From: Candidatus Kuenenia stuttgartensis | GTDB taxonomy: Bacteria > Planctomycetota > Planctomycetia > Pirellulales > UBA1268 | Reading direction: 5' to 3' | NCBI GenBank assembly: GCA_945870505.1 | Contig: CAMBSN010000003.1 | Location: 824 to 64,823, forward strand | Length of the DNA: 64,000 nucleotides | Shown: positions 15,439 to 25,449 of the stretch, in pieces | Position numbering within the stretch: position 1 is the stretch's first letter | Layout of the letters: each line of letters opens with the position of its first letter | Made by a program: the position numbers and the translations under genes | The notes under the pieces: model-generated | Database searches by the model: none | Seen by the model: the letters and a program-made list of their open reading frames with translations, nothing else | What the model was told of the DNA's origin: nothing

Positions 15439-15462
15439 GGAATCATCGAATGGCGATCGGGA

Positions 15463-16026
15463 TCAGAACCGCAGCGGTTGCCCGCCGGCGCGAGCCGGCT
15501 CGGCCGCCGCCCGTTGCAGGCCAGCTCGATCCCTCCAGGCCACGACGTCGTCGAGCAAGCAGTTTGCCGCAGCGTGTGCGTCGCCACCGGTGACGTGAAA
15601 CACACGCAGCAGTTGCCCCGAGCCGTCGAGCGGCACACTACAACTCGCCATGTGCTCGCCACCGCCGCCGGCGATTGGCCGGCACTCGAAGCCGATCGCA
15701 CCGAGCCGGGCGAGCCGCCCCAACACGTCGTTGCCATCCGCCTCCACGGCGGCGACCAGCGGAGTAGCCGGGCCGGACGCCGGGCCAACGGCTGAGCCGA
15801 CGGCGACGGCCGTGGCGACCACAGGCCCTTCGGCGCTCGTTGATTCCTTCCCGTCTGCCATTCGACCGCCCCCCTCGGTGGAACGCGGCGGCCACAACGC
15901 AGCCGTGAGCCGGCCCACCTCGTCGCGGATCGAGCGGCGGACATCGGCGGGGATACGGTGCGAAAACATGGCCGCCGCGGGCACGGCAATCATGAACGCC
16001 ACCAGAAGTGCTGATCGGATCTTCAT
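15463..16026 (-). CDS. Hypothetical membrane-anchored protein
   Basis: Hydrophobic N-terminus MKIRSALLVAFMIAVPAAAMF; co-oriented with neighbours. Confidence 0.6.
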   Translation of the reverse strand: MKIRSALLVAFMIAVPAAAMFSHRIPADVRRSIRDEVGRLTAALWPPRSTEGGGRMADGKESTSAEGPVVATAVAVGSAVGPASGPATPLVAAVEADGNDVLGRLARLGAIGFECRPIAGGGGEHMASCSVPLDGSGQLLRVFHVTGGDAHAAANCLLDDVVAWRDRAGLQRAAAEPARAGGQPLRF

Positions 16027-16169
16027 GCAGGATGCAAGGCCTCAACGCGGGGCGGGGAGGCTAGCGGCCATCCGTCGCCACGGCAATCGTGAAACCCCGC
16101 CGGACGCGGAGACTGCGCAAGAAGGGGGCACGCCGTAGAGAGGGTTTTTCAATGCCCTGGCCTGCCTCG

Positions 16170-17207
16170 CTACTCGCCGCCCTCGACGATGATCCGCCTG
16201 GGATCGGGACCGTCGGCCGGCGTGGCGGGATCGAAGTGTGCGACGCCCGGTGTGTAGGTCACCGGGGTCGCGGCCCGGGCCTTTGCCAACAGATCACGGA
16301 TGAGCTGCGCGGCCATCATTTTCTCCAGACCGGGCCGGACGGCATCGAGTCCGATGCGTCCGGGCTCCACATCGATCACCTTCACGAGGTGGACACCGAA
16401 TGGTGTCATGATCGGCTTCGACACATTGCCTTTGGCGAGAGTGAACACCGGTTTGTTAAACGCCTCGACCATTGGGCCGGAGCGCGTGATCCAGCCGACG
16501 TCGCCCCCCTTGTGGCGGCTAGGCCCGGCCGAGAACCGTCGCGCCGCCTCGTCGAACGCGATCTTTCCTTGGAGGATGTCGCGGCGAATCACCTCCGCCT
16601 GGCGCACCTGACGATCGACCCCCTCGGTATCGACGATGTCGGGCCGCAGCACGATGTGGCTGACTCGCAGCCGCGTGCCGTCGAACTCGCGGCGGTTCTG
16701 CTCGAAGAATGCGTTCACCTGGTCGGCGGTCATCCGCGGCCTGATGTACTTGTCGATTGCAAGTTCGAGCCGGATCTGTTCGCGGAGCCCCCGCTCATCG
16801 CGGCCCGACTCCGCCATGAACGCCTCCAGCGTGACACCCCGCGATGCCAACTGTCCGCGGAGGCGCTCGACCCCCGCCTGAATCTCACCATCGGCAACCT
16901 CGACGAGTTGATTCGCGAGTTCGGCGCGGAGCAGCGCCTCATCGACGAGCTGCTCGAGCACCGACACCTCGATCTGCCGGCGCTGCTCGCCGGACGGCTT
17001 CGACACCGGATGCAGCCGACGGATCACGAGGCCGATCGCGGCACCGTCGATCGGCATATCGCCGACAAACGCGAGGGGCGGGCCCTTCTCTGGTGGCGCG
17101 TCATCGGCCCCGGAGGCCGCCCCCGAACCAGCCGCAGCCAGCATCAACAGCGATGCCACCGCACAAGGCCAGCGCCGCCGACTGGTTGGTGTTCGAAGTC
17201 CGATCAT
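16170..17207 (-). CDS. Parvulin-type peptidyl-prolyl isomerase (SurA/PrsA-like)
   Basis: RVSHIVL, FDEAARRFS, GGDVGWI, TPFGVHLVKV; signal-like N-terminus. Confidence 0.88.
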   Translation of the reverse strand: MIGLRTPTSRRRWPCAVASLLMLAAAGSGAASGADDAPPEKGPPLAFVGDMPIDGAAIGLVIRRLHPVSKPSGEQRRQIEVSVLEQLVDEALLRAELANQLVEVADGEIQAGVERLRGQLASRGVTLEAFMAESGRDERGLREQIRLELAIDKYIRPRMTADQVNAFFEQNRREFDGTRLRVSHIVLRPDIVDTEGVDRQVRQAEVIRRDILQGKIAFDEAARRFSAGPSRHKGGDVGWITRSGPMVEAFNKPVFTLAKGNVSKPIMTPFGVHLVKVIDVEPGRIGLDAVRPGLEKMMAAQLIRDLLAKARAATPVTYTPGVAHFDPATPADGPDPRRIIVEGGE

Positions 17208-17365
17208 GCCATCTCCTGCCGCACTCCCCCGCATGGTACGCGACCGATGGGCGGTCCAGAAGCACCGCCGCGGGGCCGCTGGCGAAACCGCGGTCCTCCG
17301 GCGACAATCCGATGCTGCGAGGGCCGCCACTTCGGCGCGACCCCAGCGTCCTCGGCCACCCTCCC

Positions 17366-18454
17366 GTGTCCCGAATCGCCATGAGTCTGTGCGGTGAGGG
17401 CCGTGGCCACGCGACCCGTGTGAGCACGCTCGTTGGCCGTCTGGAGGCCGACCACGATGTCCTCGTCTGGACTTCCGCCGACGCCCTCGCCTTCCTCCGA
17501 CAGCAGTTCGCGGTGGGCCACCCGCGGGTGAGGGTCGAGGAGATCCCGGGCGTCGTCTTTGAGTACAGCGGCGGGCGTCTCGACGTCATGAAGTCGATCG
17601 CCGCCGGGCTCGATTACCAGGCGCGGCTCCTGGGCCCGCTTGTTGACCGGATGCTGCTTGAACTCGAGATCTTCGATGCCGATCTGGCGATCACCGACTT
17701 CGAGCCGGCCCTGCCCCGGGCGGCGGGCCGCATGGGCATCCCGCTCCTCAGTGTCGATCACCAGCACTTCCTCCTCACCTACGATCTCGACTCGCTCCCC
17801 TGGTCGCTTCAGTGGAATGCATGGTTCATGAGCCACGCCGTCTGGATGTATGTGATGGAGGCTTCCGACACGGTGGTGTCGGCGTTCTTCAGGCCGCCGC
17901 TCCGCCGTGGCTGGGAGCATGTGGTGCAGGTCGGGCCTCTTCTCCGCCGTGAGATCGTCGAGGCCAAGCCTCGCGACGATGGCTTCATCCTCAGCTACCT
18001 CCGGCGCCACACGCCATTTTCGGCGATCGAGGCGTTGGCCGACTGCGGCATGCCTGTGCGGGTCTACGGCCTTGGCCAGCGCAACGCCGTGGGGCAGGTG
18101 TCTTTTCACGCGATCGACGAGCGGGCCTTCGTGGCCGATCTCGCAGCCTGTCGCGGGCTCGTGTCGGCCGCCGGCAACCAACTGATCGGCGAGGCCCTTC
18201 ATCTCGGCAAGCCGCTGCTCGTCCTGCCCGAGCGGGCGCACTCCGAGCAGATGATGAACAGCCATTTCCTCCGCTCGATGGGCTGCGGCGACTTCTGCCT
18301 GCTCGAGGATGTGACGCCTGGGGTCGTGCGGGCCTTCGTCGATGGCCTTGACCAGTTCGCCGCGCCGCTGGCGGCCGTCGCCGGACGGATGGACGGAACC
18401 GACGACGTGCTGCGAGTGATCCGCCACCGGCTGGAAAAAATATCGCCGGCCTGA
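17366..18454 (+). CDS. GT-B glycosyltransferase (MJ1255/VC2487-like)
   Basis: GEGRGHATR, ITDFEP, SVDHQH, AGNQLIGEALHLGKP, EQMMN. Confidence 0.85.
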   Translation: MSRIAMSLCGEGRGHATRVSTLVGRLEADHDVLVWTSADALAFLRQQFAVGHPRVRVEEIPGVVFEYSGGRLDVMKSIAAGLDYQARLLGPLVDRMLLELEIFDADLAITDFEPALPRAAGRMGIPLLSVDHQHFLLTYDLDSLPWSLQWNAWFMSHAVWMYVMEASDTVVSAFFRPPLRRGWEHVVQVGPLLRREIVEAKPRDDGFILSYLRRHTPFSAIEALADCGMPVRVYGLGQRNAVGQVSFHAIDERAFVADLAACRGLVSAAGNQLIGEALHLGKPLLVLPERAHSEQMMNSHFLRSMGCGDFCLLEDVTPGVVRAFVDGLDQFAAPLAAVAGRMDGTDDVLRVIRHRLEKISPA

Positions 18455-18459
18455 AGCCG

Positions 18460-19080
18460 TCAGGGGCCGCCGCCGAAGGCCTGCACGATCAGCGGAAGCA
18501 TCGCCCGCATCGCCCGTGCGCGGTGGCTGATCACGCTCTTGACCGCCAGGGGGAGCTCACCGAACGTGCGGTGGTACTCCGACACGATGAACAGCGGGTC
18601 GTAGCCAAAGCCTCCGGAGCCAGCCGGTGATTCCGCGATCCGTCCGTGGCATGTTCCCGAAGCGACCGCGACGACGCGTCCACCGGGATCGGCGAGCGCT
18701 GCATGGCAGGCGTAGTGGGCCGACCGCTCGCGACCGGTGCGGCCCGCGAGCCGCTCGAGCAACAGCGCGCTGTTCCGCCGGTCGACGGCCTCGCGATCAG
18801 CACCTTCCGCCGGTCCCGAGAACCGAGCCGAGAGCACGCCGGGGTCACCGCCGAGCGCAGACACCACGAGACCGCTGTCTTCGGCCAGCACCCAGCGACC
18901 GAGGGCCACCGCCTGAGCGGTGGCCTTCAGCCCGGCATTTTCCGCGAACGTCGATCCGGTCTCTTCGACATCGACCGCGGCTGCAAGGCCAGCGAGCGAT
19001 GTGCAGCCAATGCCGTGGGGCTCGAGCAACTCCAGAAGCTCGCGAAGCTTGCCGTGATTGGTGGTGCCGAGCACGAGCAT
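18460..19080 (-). CDS. rdgB: Non-canonical purine NTP pyrophosphatase (RdgB/HAM1)
   Basis: GTTNHGKLRE, EETGSTFAENA, AEDSGL, GGFGYDPLF, SHRARA. Confidence 0.93.
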   Translation of the reverse strand: MLVLGTTNHGKLRELLELLEPHGIGCTSLAGLAAAVDVEETGSTFAENAGLKATAQAVALGRWVLAEDSGLVVSALGGDPGVLSARFSGPAEGADREAVDRRNSALLLERLAGRTGRERSAHYACHAALADPGGRVVAVASGTCHGRIAESPAGSGGFGYDPLFIVSEYHRTFGELPLAVKSVISHRARAMRAMLPLIVQAFGGGP

Positions 19081-19084
19081 GGGA

Positions 19085-20260
19085 TCACCGCCGGCCGGCC
19101 GGCGATCGCGGCACGTCGATCGGCCGCGGCTGGACGTCAAGCATGATGCCGTCGAACGCCCTCGGCATGATCTGCCCACGGGCGAGCGCCGCGGGGTCAG
19201 GCCCGAGCGCCGCCACAATCCTCGCCACCTCGGGATGGGGCATCTTCCGCCCCCCGGGCCCAGGCAGCGCGAGCTGATCGATGTTCCCCACGCAGACGAT
19301 GCTCGAATCGCGGTCGTGAAACTCCCACGCCGGCCAGCCGTTGCGACGGAGCGCCTCCGTGAGGCGATGAGCCTTGTCGGCGGCGTCCACGAGCCGGCTC
19401 TCCTCCTCGACGCCCCGGAGCTGGGGATCCTTCCAACCGTTGCCCTTGAGCACCTCGAGGAACCGGTTGACGTCGACGAGGCTATCGTCCTCGGCCTCAG
19501 GCTCGACCTGGCTGGAGCCGGTGTTGAACGTGCCAGCACCAGTGAACGTGGCGACGCGGACGGTGTACCGCCCCGGACAGTCGAGAAGGCTGTGGGTCAC
19601 GTCCGCGTTCATCTCCATCACGAACTCGTCGATCTGCTGCCGTGAAAAGTAGTCGGCCGGAAGGAGCGGATTGGGGATCAAGAGCGCGGTGTGGAGCGGC
19701 GGCTTCGTGGCCCCGGCACCGCCCACATGGTCGCGGTTCGCCTGGATGAAGTCGCTCTCGAGCCGGTTCGCCTTCGTGCCCTCGAGTGAGTTAGGCCGGA
19801 GCTGTTTGACCTTCTGGAGCATCTTCTGCGCCCGCGGATCCTCCGCCGACGCGAAGTCGCCGACCAGCACGGCCACCTCCACCACATGCCCCTCGTTGGC
19901 ATACCGCATGCGCTTCGGCGTGCCGTCGGGATTGAGCCCCATGCCCCGCTGCTCGCCGGTGTAGTCGAATGCCTTCTCGTGCGTGAACGCCGTGAGCCGG
20001 TGGCTACCGCGGAGTTCCTGGACGAGCTTCCTGGCGTCCTCGCGGGCCCCCTCGCCGCGGAAGGTGGTGGCAAGCACAAGCCAGGGGCCATCCTTTTCGG
20101 CCAACGGATACATCGCCTTCGGGTCGACGTCGCCACCGGTAAACCAGGTGGTCGGCAGCCAACCGCTCTGGGCGAACGAAGGCTGGGGCGCAGGCAAGGC
20201 CAGCACCGCGGCCGCGATGAACACGCTCCGGATCGCAGGGTCGAAAAGGCAACGGCGCAC
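19085..20260 (-). CDS. Secreted hypothetical protein with SPOR-like segments
   Basis: Signal peptide; two segments of beta-strand/helix/VxVGxF pattern. Confidence 0.65.
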   Translation of the reverse strand: MRRCLFDPAIRSVFIAAAVLALPAPQPSFAQSGWLPTTWFTGGDVDPKAMYPLAEKDGPWLVLATTFRGEGAREDARKLVQELRGSHRLTAFTHEKAFDYTGEQRGMGLNPDGTPKRMRYANEGHVVEVAVLVGDFASAEDPRAQKMLQKVKQLRPNSLEGTKANRLESDFIQANRDHVGGAGATKPPLHTALLIPNPLLPADYFSRQQIDEFVMEMNADVTHSLLDCPGRYTVRVATFTGAGTFNTGSSQVEPEAEDDSLVDVNRFLEVLKGNGWKDPQLRGVEEESRLVDAADKAHRLTEALRRNGWPAWEFHDRDSSIVCVGNIDQLALPGPGGRKMPHPEVARIVAALGPDPAALARGQIMPRAFDGIMLDVQPRPIDVPRSPAGRR

Positions 20261-20436
20261 TGGTGGAACTCCTCGTCATCACCGTGGTGGCGGGGCCGGT
20301 CCGCCGCTGGCGGCGGACCACAATCGGGTCGGGACGGTAGCAGGGCGGGCGGGGCGATGCCAGACTAGAACACCCTGGGGAAACAGGGCACTGTGTGGCA
20401 ACGGCGAACTCTGGCGACACCTGGCAGGGAATCGGC

Positions 20437-20889
20437 ATGGCGGCAGGCAACAATCCCCGGCGAAGACGACATGCTGCGTGGGCGCGGGCGTTCGCTGTGC
20501 TGGTGATCACCTGCTGGCTCGCCGCGGTCGTCGCACCTCCGCTCGCGCTCGTTGCCTGGCGCGACCGCCGGCTGGCGGAGGTTGCCAGTCCCGAAGCTCA
20601 GGCGGAATGGGACGCCTTCCGCGCCGACATGCGAAGGCAATCGGGCCGCGAAGGCCCGGTGCAACGAAAGGTGCCGAGGAGTGCCGAGCCACCCGAGTTG
20701 GTCTGGCTCCGCGACTACCTCTCCCTCGCCATTACGGCCTGGGTCACTCTGGTAGGGGTGCTCGGCGGTTTTCTGGCGGCCATGGCGCTGGGCCTGGCGC
20801 GGGCAGCGTCAGCGGCCGAGGATGGCGCGGCCGGTGGCCGCCACGACCAGAAACAAAACGAGCGCGATACCCAGCACGCCGACGAATGA
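20437..20889 (+). CDS. Hypothetical two-TM membrane protein
   Basis: Two hydrophobic stretches flanking GPVQRKVPRSAEPP. Confidence 0.6.
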   Translation: MAAGNNPRRRRHAAWARAFAVLVITCWLAAVVAPPLALVAWRDRRLAEVASPEAQAEWDAFRADMRRQSGREGPVQRKVPRSAEPPELVWLRDYLSLAITAWVTLVGVLGGFLAAMALGLARAASAAEDGAAGGRHDQKQNERDTQHADE

Positions 20890-21006
20890 CGACACGGCTG
20901 ACTCCCGAACTCCGACCTCGCTGCGGCATGGGACAACCCCGTTCCGCGATGGCGGGATAGTAGACGGGAGTCCGCGGCCCCACAAGGCGACCCGGGACCG
21001 CCACCC

Positions 21007-21630
21007 TCAGCCCCCCGGCGCGGTCCGGAAGACCTCCTCTGACACCACCATCTGACCGGCCCGGCCGATGTCGTTGAGCGTCCGCCGCTGGCCCACGGTA
21101 TGCCACGGGGTGACGTCTGAGAGTTCCGGCATGATCTCGAGAATCTGCTCGATCAGCATCGTCACCATGCGGCCGACGGGCTCGCCTTCCGTCCGCTCGC
21201 GGATCGCCGCGGCGGTCTTCATGAGCTTCACCATCCTCGACCGCTCGAGCACTGGCCCTGAGAGTTGTCCGTCGCCTTCGACGAGCAGTTCGGCGACTGG
21301 CACCTCGAGCACCTCCTGCCAGCGGTGCAGGTCGGTGATCCGCAGATCGCAGTCGGGCTGCTCCTGTCGCCGTGCCAGCGGCAACGCGATGCCGAGCCGA
21401 CGGGCCACGTTGCGGAGGGTCACGCCCTGACGCTGCCGCACCTCCGCGATCCGATGAAGTTGCTTGGCCTCACGAGACGACGGCCGGGGCAGAGCATTGG
21501 AATACTCGAACTCGGCACGGGCCGCGTCGGAGTGTTCGGTGTCGGCGACCGCGAGGGGGTCGTCGCCGTAGCGGGAATCGGAATCGTCATAATCGTCGCG
21601 GCATTCCTGGTCGTAATGCACGGTGGCCAT
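21007..21630 (-). CDS. XRE-family HTH protein
   Basis: LHRIAEVRQRQGVTLRNVARRLGI...LEVPVAELL; GGAGA SD. Confidence 0.8.
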   Translation of the reverse strand: MATVHYDQECRDDYDDSDSRYGDDPLAVADTEHSDAARAEFEYSNALPRPSSREAKQLHRIAEVRQRQGVTLRNVARRLGIALPLARRQEQPDCDLRITDLHRWQEVLEVPVAELLVEGDGQLSGPVLERSRMVKLMKTAAAIRERTEGEPVGRMVTMLIEQILEIMPELSDVTPWHTVGQRRTLNDIGRAGQMVVSEEVFRTAPGG

Positions 21631-21817
21631 GATTCGTTCTCCAGACCTTCTGACCATGTGGCGGGGCCGCGACCCTCATGGCATCCTCATGGCATCCATG
21701 TCGTCGCGGTGAAATGAACTACGCAGGTCGCCGCGGGGTCGTTCGCGCCGGAATGAAAAAATCCGGCGGGTGCGGGGCTCCCCGGGGCGGGGCGGGGCGA
21801 CGTGGTAGGGTGGGGGC

Positions 21818-22795
21818 ATGCAGCCCGCCTCCGGCCCCCACGGTCGCCCACCCCTTTTCCCGGCCGCCTCGTGGACCGACCTCGCCTCGCGCGGCACCGT
21901 CCGGGCCACCGGGGGAGCCGCCGCCACGTTTGTCGACAAGTTCACGACGGCGGCGGTGGGAACGCTGGCACCGGGCGACGGAACAGAAGGGATGTTTGCC
22001 GACGTGCGGGGCTGGGTGATCGCGCTGGCTGCGATCCTCCGCACGGATGACGGCCTGCTAATCGACTGCGACGTCGCCGTCGCCGCCACCCTTCGCGACC
22101 ATCTCGAGCACTACCACATCCGCGAGGACGTCGTCCTCGTTGATGCGTCAGGCGACGAGCGGTGCGTCGCCATCGTCGGGCCTGGGGCGGCACGATGGCT
22201 GGCGGATCGTCTCGGGAGCGACGTGCCCACGGGGCCGCTTCGCCACCGCTCGATCCACTTCGGCAGGACCGGCGCAGTCGTCGTCGCCGTCGACTGGTTC
22301 GGAGCGGATGGGTTTCTCGTTCGCGTGCCGGCGAACGATCTCTCGGCACTCCACGACTGGTTTGCGGCCGAAGGGCTTCCTCGCGGCGATGCAGCCGCCC
22401 TCGACGCGCTGCGGATCGAGCAGCGCTTTCCCCTGGCGCGAGATATCCCCGAGAAGACGCTGCCGCAAGAACTCGACCGCACCGCCCGCGCGATCTCCTT
22501 CACGAAGGGCTGCTACCTCGGCCAGGAGACCGTGGCCAGGATCGATGCGCTCGGCCACGTAAACCGCACGCTCGTGCTCGTCGTCGTCGAGGGTGACGAC
22601 GTGCCGCCTGCGGGCGCCGTCGTGTCGTGCGGTGGCAACGACGTGGGCACTTTCACGTCGTCGTGCGTGTCGCCACGGCTGGGGGCGTGCGGCCTGGCGA
22701 TCGTCCATCGCCGTGGGCTCGAGCCCGAAGCCACGCTGACCGTCGCGGGCCGTGCGGCGCGGATCGTGAGTCGCGACACCTCCACGGAGGCTTGA
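21818..22795 (+). CDS. ygfZ: Folate-binding Fe-S repair protein YgfZ/GcvT family
   Basis: ISFTKGCYLGQETVARI signature. Confidence 0.9.
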   Translation: MQPASGPHGRPPLFPAASWTDLASRGTVRATGGAAATFVDKFTTAAVGTLAPGDGTEGMFADVRGWVIALAAILRTDDGLLIDCDVAVAATLRDHLEHYHIREDVVLVDASGDERCVAIVGPGAARWLADRLGSDVPTGPLRHRSIHFGRTGAVVVAVDWFGADGFLVRVPANDLSALHDWFAAEGLPRGDAAALDALRIEQRFPLARDIPEKTLPQELDRTARAISFTKGCYLGQETVARIDALGHVNRTLVLVVVEGDDVPPAGAVVSCGGNDVGTFTSSCVSPRLGACGLAIVHRRGLEPEATLTVAGRAARIVSRDTSTEA

Positions 22796-22797
22796 TC

Positions 22798-23439
22798 ATG
22801 GATGGCTTCGTCGACGGCGACGAAACCCTGCTCGAGGCGAGCCGCTTCACGGTGGTGCGCCGCCAGCAGCCGCTCGCCGGCGGCGCCACCAGGGTCCGAG
22901 AGGTCGTGCTCCATCCCGGAAGTGTCGTGGTCGTGCCGCTCCTTTTGGCCCACCAGGTGTGCCTGATCGATGTCGTCCGCACGGCGGTCGGCGCGACGCT
23001 CCTCGAACTCCCCGCCGGCACACTCGACCGCGAGGAGTCGCTCGCAGAAGCGGCGCGGCGCGAACTCCTTGAGGAGACGGGCTACCGGGCCGGCCGGCTC
23101 GAGCATGCCGGCTCCTTCTGGATGTCGCCTGGGATCCTCCGCGAGCGGATGCACCTGTTTGTCGCGAGCGACCTCGAGGCAGGCCCGCAGGCCCTCGAGC
23201 CGGGCGAACAGATCACCACTCGGGTCGTTCCCTGGAACGAGGCGGTAGCGATGTGCCTCGACGGCCGCATCGAAGATGCCAAGACGGTCGCCGGCATCCT
23301 GCTCGTTGATGCCCGGCGGACGCTCGCTTCGAAATCAGCAAGCCATCTCGAATCAGGAAGCCCGGTCGCGCAGCCAAGCCCACATCCCCTCGCTTCCGCT
23401 CGGGGCCTCCTGGCGGAGTCAGGAGACAGCGAGAGATAG
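22798..23439 (+). CDS. NUDIX hydrolase (ADP-ribose pyrophosphatase-like)
   Basis: LELPAGTLD...AARRELLEETG, IEDAKT. Confidence 0.9.
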   Translation: MDGFVDGDETLLEASRFTVVRRQQPLAGGATRVREVVLHPGSVVVVPLLLAHQVCLIDVVRTAVGATLLELPAGTLDREESLAEAARRELLEETGYRAGRLEHAGSFWMSPGILRERMHLFVASDLEAGPQALEPGEQITTRVVPWNEAVAMCLDGRIEDAKTVAGILLVDARRTLASKSASHLESGSPVAQPSPHPLASARGLLAESGDSER

Positions 23440-23534
23440 CGAGAGGCTGCCCGTACCCGGGAGCCGGCGTTGCTGACAAGCGCAGGCAGGATGGCGGAGC
23501 ACAGTCGGCATCGAGTGAGTGGAGGGCAGGATGC

Positions 23535-24250
23535 CAATCCTGTTCGGCACGGCAGTTGCAGGGCGGGTCGACCCACGTCTGGCCTGGCTCTGGGCTGCCC
23601 ACGTAGGTGCAGGTTGGCAACCTGCACAAGTATCCCGCGGCGGCTCGGGGCTACCCACGCCCTCTCGCTGGACGTTCGTCTCGGCCTTCCCGGCCTCGAA
23701 TCACTGCATGTCCGCTGCGCTTCGCCATCCTGGCTTCGCTTGCTCCCATAGCTCGCTCGAGGGCATGGGCAGCCCCTCGCTGAGTTCTCGTCTCAACTGC
23801 GCAGCAGCGAACCCCGCGTGCCGCTCAGGCCGTGGCTGCGCCGACGCGGGCTATCGTCGTGTTCGAATGAACGCCTGGAGTTCCTTGAGGCTGGCCAAGC
23901 CGATGAGCTCGTACTAGACCATCTGATACATCGCCCTATTCGGCTTCTCGCCCGTGTAGATCAGGATCAGCATGCAGACGATCATGGCAAAGGAGGCTTG
24001 GATCTCGACGCCGTTGTGCTTGTCGGAGAACAGGTGGCCACAACCGAGAAGTTGCTTGAATGTCCGGAAAAACATCTCGATCACCCACCGCGCGACTCCG
24101 ACAGAGACCCCAAGGATGCCCGGTTCACGCCGAGCCGCTTGCGGACCTTGTCGAGGGCACAGACCCGCTGCAGGTCACGCAGGCTCTCGATCGCCGGGCT
24201 GAACAGACTGCCGGGTCGCCAGAGCGCAAATCCCTTGCCGAACAGCATTG
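23535..24250 (-). mobile_element. Internally deleted IS4-family element with intact ends, 716 bp
   Basis: IRs CAATCCTGTTCGGCA (23535-23549) / TGCCGAACAGCATTG (24236-24250); 9-bp direct repeat GCAGGATGC (23526-23534, 24251-24259). Confidence 0.85.
23851..24215 (-). pseudogene. IS4 transposase remnants
   Basis: C-terminal RWVIEMFFRTFKQLLGCGHL...NGVEIQ with in-frame TAG at 23914-23916, joined out of frame to an N-terminal-like piece LFSPAIESLR...RASLGSLSES. Confidence 0.8.
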
Positions 24251-24327
24251 GCAGGATGCCCGCAGCGAACGTCCGGCGACGGGGTATGGGCAGCCCCGAG
24301 CGGCGCACAACGCAAGGTCCCCACGGC

Positions 24328-25338
24328 TTACGCCGTTGGGCTTTCCGACCGCGCCCCGCCGCGATCACGAGCCGACGTCGGCTCGCGATCGAGCAAGAAG
24401 AGCACGCCGCCGACGAGGCCGATGATGATCGTGCTCAGGCCCCACAAGAGGGCCACGCCGACGGCGCGGTCGCTCGGCACGCCCTGTTCGGAGAGGAGGA
24501 GCGTCATTGCGTTCTCGCGAACGCCGAAGCCGCCGATGCTGATCGGGAGCACCATCGCGAGAGCCACCAGCGGCACCACCGCGAACCACAGCGAGAGCGG
24601 CTGATCAACGCCCAGCGCCCGCGCCGACAGTCCCACTCCCAAGGCGCCCCCGGCCTGCACGACAAACGACCAGGCGACGGCCTTGGCGATCAGGCTCGGC
24701 CGCTGCTGGTAGGGGAGGAGTTGGGCGAGGAAACCCCGGACTGGGCTCCCTTCGGGCAATATCACCACGATCCGGTCAAGGAAGGAAACGGCGAGGAGGA
24801 ACACCGCGAGGGCGACGGCGAGCAGGACTGTCGCGACGGCGAGCGTGACCGGCAGGGAGAGGTCGTACTTCCGAGAGGCGAAGGCGGCGCCGCCCAGCAC
24901 GGCAAGGGCGGAAAGGCCGGTGAGCCGGTCGGCGAGCACCGAGCAACCGGCGAGCAGCCGCCGGGATGTCGTATCGCCAATGCGATACGCCTTGATCACG
25001 TCGCCGCCGATCGATGACGGCAGGCAGAGGCTGAAGAACATGCCTTCGAAAAACCGCCAGACGAAGAATCGTCGCGAGAACTCGAAGCCCAGCGGCCGGG
25101 CGAGCGCGGCCCAGCGGACACCCGCCACGGCCTGGACGAGCATGCCTGTCACCAAGCCGACCGCCCACCACCGCCAATCGGCCTGCAGCAGCAGCGCGGT
25201 GAACTTCGGCCAGTCGACGCCCTTGAGCGCGTAGGCGAGCAGGGCCGCGGTGATGCTCAGCCGCAGCACGAGGTTGAGCCAGGGCGGCATCGGACGACGG
25301 CGATTCGACGGCGGCGCGGTATCCGGCGTGTCGTGCAT
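24328..25338 (-). CDS. Lysylphosphatidylglycerol synthase TM-domain (flippase-like) protein
   Basis: RWAAL, LPSSIGGDVIK, DRLTGL, LPISIGGFGVRE; multiple TM helices. Confidence 0.85.
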   Translation of the reverse strand: MHDTPDTAPPSNRRRPMPPWLNLVLRLSITAALLAYALKGVDWPKFTALLLQADWRWWAVGLVTGMLVQAVAGVRWAALARPLGFEFSRRFFVWRFFEGMFFSLCLPSSIGGDVIKAYRIGDTTSRRLLAGCSVLADRLTGLSALAVLGGAAFASRKYDLSLPVTLAVATVLLAVALAVFLLAVSFLDRIVVILPEGSPVRGFLAQLLPYQQRPSLIAKAVAWSFVVQAGGALGVGLSARALGVDQPLSLWFAVVPLVALAMVLPISIGGFGVRENAMTLLLSEQGVPSDRAVGVALLWGLSTIIIGLVGGVLFLLDREPTSARDRGGARSESPTA

Positions 25339-25449
25339 GCGTGACTGTGAGCGTGTCCTGTGAACACGGCGGGTGGGTGCTTCCGACCGCCGGGACGGGT
25401 ACCCTACACGAAATCGTCACTCAGCCCCACGCGTGTTCGGCAGCCCCCG

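Noticed and set aside
23818-25017. 399-aa plus-strand ORF
   Set aside because: Antisense to the IS4 remnant and the flippase-like gene and crosses the IS boundary
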